From assembly GCF_009914755.1 (NCBI RefSeq), contig NC_060931.1: DNA of 64,000 nucleotides; one strand, written 5' to 3'. Of the stretch, positions 1-13,143 are shown one piece after another. Source of the DNA: the human T2T-CHM13v2.0 reference genome, Homo sapiens. Position 1 is the first letter of the stretch. The number at the start of each line of letters is the position of its first letter. The notes below the pieces were generated by a model. It was not told where the DNA came from and did not search any database. It saw nothing but the letters and a program-made list of their open reading frames with translations. A program made the translations under genes and the position numbers.

Positions 1-1560
1 GGAGTGAACCAATGTTCTGCTTCTGAATGATTATGAGGCACCATATGTACCATTGAAGTTTCTCACCTATGATACACTGGGCCTTCATCTTTATCTATCA
101 AGTTATAAGATTATCCATGTATAAAGCTGGCTGCAAAGCCCTTCACAAATAAAAGTATACCCCATAAGTGCACAAAACAGACCCCCTTCTCACTTCTGTT
201 GTTCACAGAGGCGGAAGCAACGGAAAAACATTCAAAGATAAGAGTCTCATGATAGTAAGAAGTCTTGATCCATGATCTTCAGAAAGAGCTGCTCACATCA
301 AGGATGCCATCTTCTTCTGGGGAGAAACTTCCCTGATTAGCTTTACCTTAAGGGTTTCAATGGATGTAGAGTTCCAAGAGTGACCCTGCTCAGTTGTGAG
401 ATTATGACCCCAAGGTTCAAGATCCTGATGTTTTGTTGCAGTGATGATGCCAAGGGCAGCTTTTCTCTGATGTTCTCAGAAGATCCCATCTTTGGGTTCT
501 AGATTGTGAAGGGGTTGATTGTCCTCAGTGAACCATAAAAAGCTCTTTACCTGGTGAAAATACACTGATACATAGTAATCTACTGTTATAACATTAGCCC
601 TCCTGCATGGGAAAGCTTTAGTACAACCAGAACACATACATTGAAAATGACAACTGAATGAAACCCCTTTATAAATGTTTAAATGCCTCATCAGGTAGCC
701 AAATGTACATGAAGCTTTGATTGACTTCCCAGGAGTATGGGTTTGACAAACTAAACATTGTTTATAAACTATTTTAACAATCTGTAAGTCACCACACCAA
801 CATATTTAATTTGGATCATTTTATCTTTTCCAGGATGAGTCATGGAATGCATAACTTTTAATAACAAAAGCTTTAAGGACTCACGAAGGACAAGGCAGCC
901 ATCTTGGTTCTCCATGAGTCCATGCTTAACATCGGACTTATGTCCTCTTGGGTGCCAGCTGTTTCTCCAAATTGGGCACATAGCATGGATAACTGATGGG
1001 TTATCACAGGTAATTTGACTTAGACCATGGAGTTCATTCAAATTGTATATCTAAACAATTTCAGTATAGGCTGATTAAGTATGCAAACCTGGTGAAGTAT
1101 TTCCTCGGTATTCAATTAATTTTTATTCTATTTGGGTTAGCAGTTTTATAAGCCAGTCAGTCTTTTCATTAAAGTTTCAGCAATTCTTACCCAGTCCAAA
1201 TGATGTGATTTTGAAGTTACTAGAAACCTGTATTCCACAGTGCTTTTCAGGGTCCTCCCCATCCGTTCACGAACCTCCTAAAAGACACCATGTTCTAGGA
1301 TTTTTGTGTGCTTGTGAAGTTTTCAGAAACTACATCAGCATGAAGCAATTAACTGCGGAAATGACTTTAAATACTCAAAAAGACACAATTGACAAAGAAA
1401 TTTGGTTATAACAACAACATAACCATAATTATGATCGGTAGCATATACTCAGAAAAATTAGAATTTTAGAAATCCGATACAACTTTGGAACATATATTAA
1501 TATCATTCACTAAAATATAACCTGAAGAAGGTTAAATTTTTTTTTGACACTATTCTGTAT
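1..1560 (-). mobile_element. Degraded ERV1-class endogenous retrovirus internal sequence (pol/integrase remnant)
   Basis: Minus-strand fragments GCLVLRESLKLLLLKVMHSMTHPGKDKMIQ (integrase H-H zinc-binding-like) and PLHNLEPKDGIF*EHQRKAAL...LEPWGH (gammaretroviral integrase C-terminus-like). Many stops and frameshifts; AT-rich. Boundaries approximate. Confidence 0.65.
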
Positions 1561-1649
1561 CGAAAAGTCCAAAATGTTTCTTAAAAAGTAACTAAAAAAA
1601 CACTGGAGTAATTAAAGGACACTTCCTGTGCAGGGGATGGAAAAATCTC

Positions 1650-3000
1650 AACAAAAAAGGAGCGCAGAAGAGCCTGGCTAGGCGGGAGAACACGGTCAGG
1701 CCCGCAGGAGACGCCGCGGCACCTGCCAGAAAGAGACCCGCAGGCCAAGACCAGGAGACGCGAGAGAGGTGGGCAGGGCTGCCCGAGAGACCCAGGCGGC
1801 CATTGCCCGCCCTGCGTCTGCGCCTGCGCCGGAGCCTCCTCCACACTGCGCCAGCGCCGAGTCCGGTCGCCTCCTCATTGCGCCGGCGCCGGGGCTTCCT
1901 CCACACCGCGCCTGCGCCGATGACAACCCGCCTCTACAGGACGCCTGCGCAACGCCATAGTCACCTCATCAGCTCCGTGCACTTACGAGTCTCTCTCTGA
2001 TCGACCACGTGTTCCTGTCGGCTCACAGAGGCCGCCTCAGGGTCCTCCCCCATTGTCTTCCTCGCACCCTCCACTGTTCCCGGCCCTTCACTCTGCGCTT
2101 GCGCAGGAGTCGCTCGCTCCTCTCCTCTCTGCGCCTGCGCAGAGGCTACCTCCTCCCCGCCCGTCCGCTCCCTTGGCGTCGTCTTGGGCCGCGCCCCGAC
2201 CCCTTCTGTTTACGCATGCGCAGGAGCCGCCCTGCGCGGGTGGGGGGCTGAGCCCCTGTGGCTTCAGGTTTAAAGGCGCGAGCGCCACCCACGCAGGCAC
2301 AAGGGCTCCTAGTCGTTTTATTTTTAGCGTAAGGTTTTCCTCTTTAACAAGGAAGTAAAAAAAAAAGTTGTGCAATAAATATTAATCGTCCTTATATGTA
2401 CTCGGGAACGTTCGTCCTTTAGGTTTTTTCCTGGCGCATGGGCGCCGCCAATCATTTCGGGGCTTATTTTGGTTCTAAAGCCCGGGGCAGCCAGGCCTCC
2501 CTGCCTGGCCTCGGCGGGGACGCGGGACCTGGGGCCCCGGACCGGGCCTAACCGCCCTGGCCGGTCCCCACTGATGGTGGCGGTCGGTCCTGATCGTCCT
2601 GATGGCAGCGACCAGGCTGGACTCGGGCTGTGCAGGGGCGAGGGGAGCAGGGCGGGGTGACGCCCGGAGAGCGGCCTGGAGAGCGCGTGCTTCAGAAGGC
2701 GTGGGCACCCTGTCCCCTTTGCAGATGGGGATGCAGGCCCTGGTGGCGGTGGAGGGGAGATGGGGGCAGGGACGTTGCCGGGCAGAGGAAGCTGGGTGAG
2801 TGTGCACTTGGTCCCCTTTGCTCCTCCCTGGGACTTTGGGCTCTATAGGGCAGCCTCCGAGGCCCACGTGCACACTCGGTGAACCACAGTCCAGACACAG
2901 GCAGGGCGGCAGGCCAGGGAAGGAGAGGCCAGGTGTTGGTGCATGGAGAGGCCAGGTGTTGGCCTGGGGGTGCTAAGTGAACCCCCAAGGTCGCGGAGAC
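1650..3000. promoter_or_regulatory. CpG island / probable bidirectional promoter with clustered NRF1-type motifs
   Basis: Abrupt rise in GC and CpG density. GCGCNTGCGC-type motifs at 1819-1829, 1907-1918, 1941-1952, 2094-2105, 2130-2141, 2211-2222. Confidence 0.8.
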
Positions 3001-3262
3001 AGTAGGGCAACAGCAAAACGAGCTCTGCCGTCCAGGGCGAGGGCCCGGAGTCCTCCCCAGGGGTGGGCTGCAGAGAAGCCCCTGTCCAGGCCCTGCTCAC
3101 CTGCAAAGTGCTCCCGAGCTCCTGTGCCCCCAGCAGCAATCCCAGCCCCGCTGACACCCAAGCTTGTCACCCGCTGGGTTTCTTGAGGTCTGAGGACCGT
3201 GGCTGAGGGTGCATGGGCGCTGGGATGGAGGGGGATGTCCTGTCCCAGTCTGTGCTTATTAA

Positions 3263-3669
3263 TTGTTAAAGAGGGCAAGGCTGCTTTTATTCAAGGTGGG
3301 GGGGCTGCTAAAGCGAGATGTTGGGTTAGGGGAGGCAGATCCGGCTCAACTCCAGATAGAAAAAGTGGGAATTGACAGCCCAGGCGTAGGGTCGGGAGTG
3401 GAGAGAAAATTACTAAGAGGAAGGGTCAGGGGCAAGGCGGGTTCTAGCTGCATAGACAGGATTTTTGCTGAAAAGGCAGGCAGTGTGGTCACAGACCGAG
3501 GGTGGGAGTTGAGGACTTTGATCAGGGACCAAGAGTAGACGATTTTCACTAAACCGACTCAGCAGGATTCTTGCTAAATCGGCCGAAACCGGCCAAGGTC
3601 AGGGACTGGTCACAGGGAGGGCTCAGAGGAGCCTGACTCGAGTGTGGTCAAAGGAGAGAGTCTTTGTCA
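3263..3669 (-). mobile_element. Solo ERV1 LTR, MER31-like
   Basis: Minus strand begins TGACAAAGACTCTCTCCTTTGACCACACTCGAGTCAGGCTCCTCTGAGCCCTCC, resembling the MER31 5' end. TG...CA termini; no primer-binding site adjacent. Confidence 0.65.
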
Positions 3670-3925
3670 TCTTTTAAGAGGCGAGAGTGACGTATTAGTG
3701 AGAAACGGTGAAGGGATCAAGCTCAGGCCAGCAGCCCCGAGTTTGAGATGAGGACAGGCTGGGTCCAGGAAGGGCTGCAGGAATAGGGGGCACCTGAGCC
3801 TGCAGAAAGCGGGGAGCCCAGCCGCCAGAGCAGGCACCCCCAGGCAGACCTCAGTGTGTCCTGCCCTGTGGGAGTGGCAAGGCCAGACCAAGCTGGATGT
3901 GAACCAGTCCCAGAACACCGCCTAG

Positions 3926-4277
<352 letters not shown>

Positions 4278-4719
4278 ATGGCCATCGTGGCTACATCAGT
4301 CCCGGCTAATAGAGATTTTAGCACACTCAGATTCTATTGGCTAATAAGATTTAATTATAATTCTGGGGTATTTAACAATGTCGTTATACAGTCTTCATTG
4401 TTGCAAATGGAGAATGAAATCGGGTGCATGTGACACTAATATGACCTGTTCATGCTCTGTCACTTAAACGGAGTTAAGTAACATAGCCCTGAGCAGGAAG
4501 ACTCCTTCCCCACTTCTGTCCAGGAGCTCCTTACTCGATTCTGGGGAACAGAAAGGCTTTCAGCGGCCAAGGGGAGTGACAACAGCCAGACATGAGACAC
4601 CTCCTAGAGCCCTTTGGTGTTACCCTTTCCGGTCCATCAGCCACAGTGTCCACCCCAGGTAGCTGGGTCCTGAGTTCACCGTCTCAGGACATTTTTCGAC
4701 CTGGTTTGTCTGAATTATT

Positions 4720-4992
4720 ATTATTATTGATCATTGAGACAGGGTCTCAGTCCATCGCCAAGACTGGAGTGCAGTGGTGTGATCCTGGCTTACTCAGCCT
4801 CCCAGGCTCAGGTGATCCTCCCAGCTCAGCCTCCTGCGTAGCTGGGACCACAGGCAGGCACCACCATGCCTGGCTAAATTTTTTGTATTTTTTGTAGAGA
4901 CCAGCTCTCGCTATGTTGTCCAGGTTGGTCTCAAACTGCTGCCTCAGCCTCCCAAGGTGCTGGGATTACAGGCATGAGGGACCAAGCTCAGC
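4720..4992 (-). mobile_element. Alu (AluJ-type) with 11-bp target-site duplication
   Basis: GAGACAGGGTCTC...GGCTCAGGTGATCCTCCC...GCTGGGATTACAGGCATGAG. TCTGAATTATT at 4709-4719 and 4995-5005. Confidence 0.9.
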
Positions 4993-6074
4993 AATCTGAA
5001 TTATTTATGCAGAATTTTTTTTTCTCTAGCTGGAAGAGCTGTTTATATGCACGTTTCTTTGGGGGCAACTCTTCTCCATTGTCACAGATTTTTTTTTTCC
5101 AAGCCATTCCTGGGGGATTCCTGGGAGCCATGTGGGAGAGGCGTGAGGAAGTGAGACCTTCACCCCGAGACAGGTCCTGACACACCCTCTGGTGCCTCTA
5201 CTCAAGTGAGGTGAGAGGGGAAACTGGTGTATTTTTAGATGAAGTTTCCTTGGGAAATTGTTTCTATTTTATATTTTATCAGTAATCCCCTGGCTAATGT
5301 TTCAAACCAATATTTATAACACTGCCTCAGAGCTTTGGAATAAACAGATTTCCATAAAGAAAAGCTGCTTTAGAGTGCTACACTGTAAGAGGGGCCGGGC
5401 AAACAAGAAGGGACGGAGGAAAGACCACCAAGTGAGAGGCACAGGTGTCAGGACACACAGAGAGCCCGAAAACGAGGCAGAGGTGAGCGGGGACCAGCAG
5501 CACAGCGGCACTGACGCGCCAGGGACTTGGGCTCTGCTGGCCTCCTCCCTCGCGGCCAGCAGTGGCAGTGGTGGGAGTAGGCCTGGCTTGTCTGTGGTTG
5601 CCTTTGTTGCTTTAATTGAAAGTACTCAAGGCTATTTCTTGTCGCGTCATTTCTGACAGTGTCCGGTGGTCCCTACCCTGTAATGCCAGGAGGTTCCAGC
5701 CCCACCCTTCCCTCCCCACTCCCTCTTTCATCTCCCGGATCCTATTAGAGGATTGCTTTTATAGCTGATGAGCTGATGAAGTATGCATTTAGCCCTTTAA
5801 CCGTAACTGAATTTCCCCTGGTGCACATCTGTATGAAGGGTGTGCACCAGGGCTGAGCCGTCTGCTGGGCGAATATGTCCCTCCCTGAGGCCCAGGACCA
5901 CAACCCCTGAGTCACTCAAAGGAATCGTTCCCAGCCTTAAGGTCAGATGCGCTTTCTCCTTGTCCTCCATTATTTCTTTAAATTCCTGCCACATTTAAGT
6001 TTCTTTATATTTAAACTAAGACCTTTTATTTCTTAAACTTCTAATTGCTGTTCTTTTATTATTTTTGATAGAAG

Positions 6075-6310
6075 TTTGGCTGCTGTAACTGACTGGGAAG
6101 CTTAAAATAACAGACAATCATCTCTCACATTTATGGGGACTGGGAAGTCCAAGACCAAGTTGCCATCTGGGGAGGGCCTGTTCCTCACAGCGCCTTCCAG
6201 CTCAGGCCTCGTTTATAAGGGCACTCAAGCCTTCCACGACAATGGGTCCTCATGACTTACTCACCTCGGAAAGCCCCACCCCCAAGACCATCACATTGTG
6301 GGTGATGGCA
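6075..6310 (-). mobile_element. MaLR LTR fragment (MLT1A-like)
   Basis: GGCTGCTGTAAC...CTGGGAAGTCCAAGA...TTATAAGGGCACT...CTCATGACTTACTCACCTC...ACCATCACATTG, typical of reverse MLT1A/MST. Confidence 0.7.
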
Positions 6311-6414
6311 GAGCATAAGGTGCCTTCCCCACATGCTCGGGTTGGCCCAGCGTCTCACGCTAGCAGCTACGTGGAATAGTTATTTTTTCTGGAGAACTCT
6401 GGGACCCCTCTGAT

Positions 6415-6516
6415 GTCTTGGAGCACCCACACAGGCCGTTCACTGTGCACGCTGTGAGGCTGTCGTCTTGGAGCACCCACACAGGCCGTTCACTGTGCAC
6501 GTGGTGAGGCTGTCCT
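6415..6516. repeat. 50-bp tandem duplication (2 copies)
   Basis: GAGCACCCACACAGGCCGTTCACTGTGCACG at 6421 and 6471. Confidence 0.9.
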
Positions 6517-8611
6517 CTGGGGAGTTCTGCTGTTGTATGGGTTCTGTCTGTGTCAATGTCCCAGCGGGAACGCAGGGCACACTAGCGTCATCCCCAGAGG
6601 GCTTGGTAAGGGGACTGTTTGCAGAGACATAGGCAGAGGGCTGGAAAACTACCAAAAAAGTGCAGTGTTCTGGACCTAATAATAGCAGAGCTATTCTCAC
6701 CCTGGTCTGAAGGCAGGAGGGGAGGAGCAGTTAATGGATTCTGGAAGTCAGGTTGCACAGAGTCACCTTGAAAGATGCCATGACCTTCACCGAGGGCCAG
6801 ACAGAGACTAAGATGACCCCATAGGAGAATAAGACCTAGACCTCATCCTCCTGCCTCCTGCCAGTCCCTGCCAGGGGTCGCCAATGGCAAAACAGGACTG
6901 GAAGCCAGAGGCCATGGAAGCCCATGGATGAAGTCCACAGGCCAGCCTCCCCGAGAGCAGCCTGGACGGTCCGCAGGAGACGTCTCCTGTCTTAGGCGTC
7001 CCACGCCGCGTGCTCCTGTTCAGCCCTGCCGAGGTGGAAGCTTGGAGTGGCTCACGGTGGATGCATTGACGCTGCAGACGCCAGCAAGTGCTACAAACCA
7101 GAGCTGGCCTTTAACTCAGACTGATGGAGAAGGTGTTAATAATGCAGATTAGACTTAAAAGTGTTGAAGCCATTGCACTGTGAACAGCAAAAAAATTGAA
7201 GAACTCTTCTGGCATTTAAAAACAATTACTCAGTTCAGCAGAGAAGTCACTGACAAACGAGATCACACTGACTGCTTTGTCGTTTTGGTTTTGTCTTACT
7301 CATTAATGCAAATAAGAACATTCACTAGCATCTGTGTCGGGCCTACCCTCCCTGGTCAAATACAGCTACAGTCTCCCTGCAGATACGAGTTTTCCAGAAA
7401 TGAGCCGATGTTTTCTGCGAGAATCAATTGGTCATATACAATTTACAAAAATGAGTACTGTATACTATATTTGTAAACTGTACACTGCAGATGCTTTATT
7501 TCACTGAAATTTATAATACACTTATCCATGTATATGCATGCATGCATTTTTGTTCCTGAGATCCAGCTGTGAAATGTTTACCAGCACATAAATTACCAGC
7601 ACATGCTCTTTTTTGTTAACCTACTAGGTAAAATCTTCATTTATTACATCAAATTCTTGTAGTTTTTGTATTGCAATTATGCAGATATTGATTATCGCAG
7701 TATTACTGCAATTATACAGATACCACAATTTCAGATATTGATCAGCGTGTTCAGTTGGTTTCTAAGGAGGTTTACTTACCTCATGGTACACCTAGTTTGC
7801 ATAGTTTGATTATATTTAACTCTTATGCTAATTGGGGGAAGTCATTGATTTATTGGACAGATGCACCTGTGGTCTTCCCTGAGCACATCCTGGCCAAGGA
7901 TGCTGCCCCCAGGAGATTTGAGAAGTCCTGTAAGGATCATATCAGTATTTTCAAATACTTATAGAAAAGCCAGAGGGATTGACCCAGAATTACCAATATA
8001 AGCTTGACCCTGAGATAACAATGCCATTTTATGTTTGCATGCATAAAACCAATGCAAGAGGCTGATGACTCCAGATCCCTTATATAAGCCAATAAAAAGT
8101 AGTTTCATTTTTTATTTCATTTAAAAAAGTGTACCATTAACCTAAAGCCTGCTTGTAAAACCAGTTTGTTTCTGAAGCATTAGCTCAAAGCTCACTTGCA
8201 TTTGGTGAGAAGTCCCTCACGTGTGGCTGCCCTGGCTGGGAGCTCTGAGCTCTGGGAGCCATTGGAACTGCTAATCCCACCAGTGCCGTCTGATTCCCTC
8301 TGCTCTAATGGAGGTCTTTTGCCGGGTATCCAGTGGCATTTTCTGGGCTTGGGAGTCAGTAATTCCCAGTGATCAAGTGTCTCTGCTCTGAAAATGCCTT
8401 TCTTTGTGATATGAAGCTGTCAGTGATGGAGACTGACCTTTTCATAAGTCAGTGAATTTTCTTTCTCTGAGTCATTTTAGAGAGTGAATCTGAACTCTCC
8501 AGTCTGTCCTAAGAAGACATTAATTGGAGCAGGCATGGAACCTTCAGCTTTCCCAGTCACCTGCCGGGTTACTTGGCTTAACCTGGGAATTAACCAGTTA
8601 ATAAGGTTGTT

Positions 8612-8745
8612 GAAATGGAAAGAATCCAGGAGGCTGCAGTGTGAGGCTGATTTGCTGTCTTTATTAAGTGAGGAAATGAGAAATGGGAAGAATCCAGGAG
8701 GCTGCAGTGTGAGGCTGATTTGCTGTCTTTATTAAGTGAGGAAAC
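8612..8745. repeat. 68-bp tandem duplication (2 copies)
   Basis: AATCCAGGAGGCTGCAGTGTGAGGCTGATTTGCTGTCTTTATTAAGTGAGGAAA at 8623 and 8691. Confidence 0.92.
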
Positions 8746-11284
8746 GACAGCAAAGCACTTCTAGGCTTCTCACAGCTGAGCACACGAAGACTAAGCCCTC
8801 TTCCCGCCGTAGCCAGTGAGGAGAGGATCCCTCTTCCCAAGCCCCCTCAAGCAGTGGCTCCCGCTCACTGGAGGCTGGAGTTTCTAGGGCTTGTCCCTGT
8901 CCAGAGCTGCTGCCTCAGGTGTGAGGGTGACTGCCCAGCCCCCGCGCCACAGGCCCTCCTCTCACCCGGACCTCAGGACCAGTTGGTAGGCCCCAGGCAT
9001 CCACCTTCAGGGGCATGGGGACGCTGGCCCCTGTGTCCGCCGAGGACGTCCTGGCTCCTTTTGGGGGTCTCTCCTGTCAGGACAGGTTCCGTGGGGTTGG
9101 AGGGACTCAGCCTGTTTCTGTGCCATCCGCCTTTAACGGCCCAGAAACGTTAGTGACTGAGAGTAAAATAAGGTCGACTTCACAGTTTCTTTCTCCTCAG
9201 CAGTGTCTGGGGGCTGGTCCTCAGCCATGACCGCCGGCCCTGGTCTGTCATCATCCTGATAATTTTCCAGAACTCCACCTGCAGCCGTCATCCTGGGCGG
9301 CCCTGCTCCATCTGTACCCTCTGCCCTGCCCTGGTCCTGGACCTGCTCCGCTCTGCATTGCGCTCTGCGGGACCTGAGAGGTTTCTCAGCAGGAGCTGAA
9401 TAGTGTTGAAAAGGCTTCCAGCCCGCACCTCAGTGGGGCACTTTTCTTCATGGGACATGCGGGGTTGTCTGGGCTGGAGAACACAGATTTGGGGGCACTC
9501 CGGAAGGTGGCAGAAGGTTGGCCCTACACGGGACCCAGTGGTCATCTCTGCAAATGCCGGGGCTGGGCTGTTCCTGCCTCAGAGGCCTCCCTCCTCCAGA
9601 GCAGGGGTGGAGAAATCAGCCTGGAGAGCCTCACGGCGCAGGAGGGATTTGCCGGGGCTGCCTCTGCATAGAGCCCCCTGCAAACAGAGGAGCTGTTTTA
9701 TAGCACTGGATTTAGCTTGCAGGGTCCTGGAACACCTAGAGACACCAGAGGGGGAGACCGCAGATGAAGACCTCCTGGACGGCCGGGCAACCAGTGGCAG
9801 TCCCACGAGCCACGGGGCCGTGGCCAGCCTCCTTTCGGGACACAGTCCAGCCTGGAGGGAAGGAGGGGACAGGGGACCTTTCTGATTCTTCTTTTTCCTT
9901 TTCCTTTGGAATGAGAAAACAGCCTCTACGTTCTCCCATTCACGTCTGTCATCAGCTGAAGGAGCTCTTCCCCTTTTCCCCACTGACTCTGCACCCTCCA
10001 CGGGGACAGCCTTGCTTTCGGGGCACAATGAAAGAAACATGACTGGAGACATTACCAAGACCTGTCACTTGCTACCTTCTCTTTCTGAAGCCGTAAACAT
10101 GAGGAAAGACTCATCGTTAGGTTATTATGAATGATGGACCAGCTTATGTGTTTCAATGAAAGCTAGGCTATCACTGAGCTTGCTGGCTTAAAGCTGTGTG
10201 AGCCCACTGCTTAATTTTTGGGACACAAAAGGTCTAGAAATGTCGCCTGGCCTTTTCCAGTAGAGGTTGGCCCAAGAGCATGAATTTTCTGGCCAGCATT
10301 TCGTTTCTTTTTCCTTCACGTATGTTGCCAGCACTCAGGGCCTGTGGACCTGCCTTCTGTGCAGGGTGTCTTGTCTTTCGGGGCCGTGGCTGCTTCCGTA
10401 GGAGGCATGGCAGGTGCCAGCCTGGGGCTGAGCTCTCCCCACGTGGAGCTCAGGGCCTCAGAGGCCAAAGGCACATCCCTCAGAGGGCCTGGAAATGGAA
10501 GGCCGGGCTGGGTTTACGGCACACCCAGGCCGGGCTCTAGTGGCTCATGGTCACAGCCTGTCCACACAGCATGGCGCTCCAGAGAATGCTCAGAGGCTTA
10601 GGCTCAGACAGACATGAATTCACGTCTGATGGGCGGAGCACCCGTGTGACCATGGCAGGTTGCCTCCTTTTTATCTGCAAAGCTGTGGCAATGATCCCCA
10701 CCTCCAAGGACTCCAGCGAGGCACATGTGAGACGCTGCATGGGAAGAGCGTCCTGCAAACCCGGCCAGATGGCAGCTGCACCGTCCCTCTGCCAGGTGTC
10801 CCTGGAGATGCCTGCCTACCCAGCTCTGTTTCTGTTCACATCTCAGTGTGACAAGCAGCCTGGAAGGGCCATGCTCGAAAGGCTTGGGCCAGGAGCTCTT
10901 ACCTGGTGAGCACAGACTGCGGCTTCCCAGACACCAACAGGGGAGGGGACAGATGTTGCGCCATGCTACGCCATTGACTTTTCTGCAACTGATACGATGG
11001 GAATAATACTCCACTTCAGTTCACAGGGTGGGGGCAATAGTGAGTGAGAGCTGGACAAGCCAGGGAATATTGAGAGACCAAAGACACCTGTTGTGGATTT
11101 CCTGGGCCATGAGAGCCGCCTCTTGGACGTGCAGGGTTGACGTAGTCAGCCACTCTTCTGAAACAGCGGCCTGGGGACCAGGCAGCCACGGTGAACCCTG
11201 GTACATCACAGAGGGTGCTGACATGGGCTGTACTGTGGGAGCTGCTGTGTAATCATTGCACACTGGGCAGTGGTGTTTGGCATT

Positions 11285-11560
11285 CCCTGTGATTACGTTC
11301 AGCCACCTAGACAGAACCCCAAATCACGGTGGGTGAAACAAGATGGAGCGCATTTTCTTCCATGCACAGGAAGCATGGCAGCTGGCACTTACAGCCAGCG
11401 TGAAGCTCCCAGGGGCTCCAGAGCCAGGAGCTCTCTGCTCCTGGGCCTCACATCCCTGCTCATGGCTTCCATGCTCCCTGCCAGCGTGGCTGCTGGAACT
11501 CCAGCCTTCTCATCACAATGCGTACAGGGAGGCTTCCAGAAGCTCTGGGTCAGTATTCCG
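11285..11560 (-). mobile_element. Old MLT1-type LTR fragment
   Basis: Diverged motifs ACAGAACCCCAAATCAC..GG..GAAACAAGA and GTGGCTGCTGGAACTCCAGCC. Confidence 0.35.
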
Positions 11561-12435
11561 GCGTGCATGTCCTCCACCCTAACGCACTCACCCACATGCG
11601 CCGAGCAAAGTTGGAGCGGGTGGAGAAGGGCCTGGCGGTGCAGAGGCCCCAGGATTTCTGGACAGGGCAGCTGTGGCTGCAGCAGGGAGGTGCAGTGCTG
11701 CGGGGAGGCGGTTGACAGCTGTCGCCTTTTGCCACTTCTGAGCCCAGCCACCAAATTGGTCCACGTCTCTTAGAAAATTCTGTGACATGGCAGATTCATT
11801 GACACTCCTGGTCATAACTGCTTCCCTTCTCCCACTAGACCACCTTCCCTCCCCAGCCCCCTTTTGGTAGCACAAATACAGCTGCTGTGTGTATTGGATC
11901 CAGCAGGCGTGGATCCAATTAAACCTACACTATTTGTTTCACTTTTCTTCAGAAAGAGCCTATGAAATATGAGTTTCGGGGGCAAAGTTTTTATCATCAG
12001 AGCTGTTCCTTTCCAGCAGACCTTTCAGTTCTCAGCAGCAGCCCTTCTTTCTGGGGTAGGAACTGAGCTGGTCTGTGGGATGCCCCGCCTCGTTCCAAAT
12101 GGGGTCCATCCCTGAGACAAAGGCACATGATACAAAGCAAAGCCGCACAAACCTGCGGGAATCAGAGTGAGGGAGATGGAGGTGGAACAGCCACGCGGCC
12201 CGAGGAAGCAGCTACAGAATGAAGTCTGTTAGTTCCCATTCAGGCACCAGAGTGGGCCACACATTTGCTGGTAGCTTCTATCGACCAGTGCAAAAAGGCG
12301 ACCGAGGTCTGTGATGTCCCAGAGTGAACATGACAGAGCGCAGGGGACACTCGGGCCTGAGCCCCCTGCCACCAAGGAAGAGGACCTTGAGGAAGGCATG
12401 GGTGCCACCTGTCCACTGCACACACAGCCCTTCTA

Positions 12436-12703
12436 ACGAACACGGACCCTCACGGGGCCCGGCGGGGCTCAGACACCGATTCTAACACAGACCCTCACGG
12501 GCCCCCGCGGGGCTCAGACACCGATTCCAACACGGACCCTCACGGGCCCCGCGGGGCTCAGACACCGATTCCAACACGGACCCTCACGGGGCCCGGCGGG
12601 GCTCAGACACCGATTCTAACACAGACCCTCACGGGGCCCGGCGGGGCTCAGACACCGATTCTCACACGGACCCTCACGGGCCCCGGCGGGGCTCAGACAC
12701 CGA
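12436..12703. repeat. ~45-bp CpG-rich minisatellite (~6 copies)
   Basis: Unit AACACGGACCCTCACGGGGCCCGGCGGGGCTCAGACACCGATTCT. Confidence 0.95.
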
Positions 12704-12827
12704 GGCTGACACACTGCCCTGTGCACACCTGCCTGGAGCCGGTGGCGGGACCCAGGGAGAGACAGCGTGTCCTCCAGCGTCTCCCCAGCTCCTCCGTGGT
12801 CAGTGGAGAGTCCATGGGAACGTTTGA

Positions 12828-13143
<316 letters not shown>

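Noticed and set aside
1-3669. Single provirus made of the MER31-like LTR plus the ERV internal segment
   Set aside because: No primer-binding site next to the LTR, and an unrelated CpG island lies between them; more likely independent insertions.
6520-6970. Possible very old LTR fragment
   Set aside because: Similarity too weak to name a family without a profile search.
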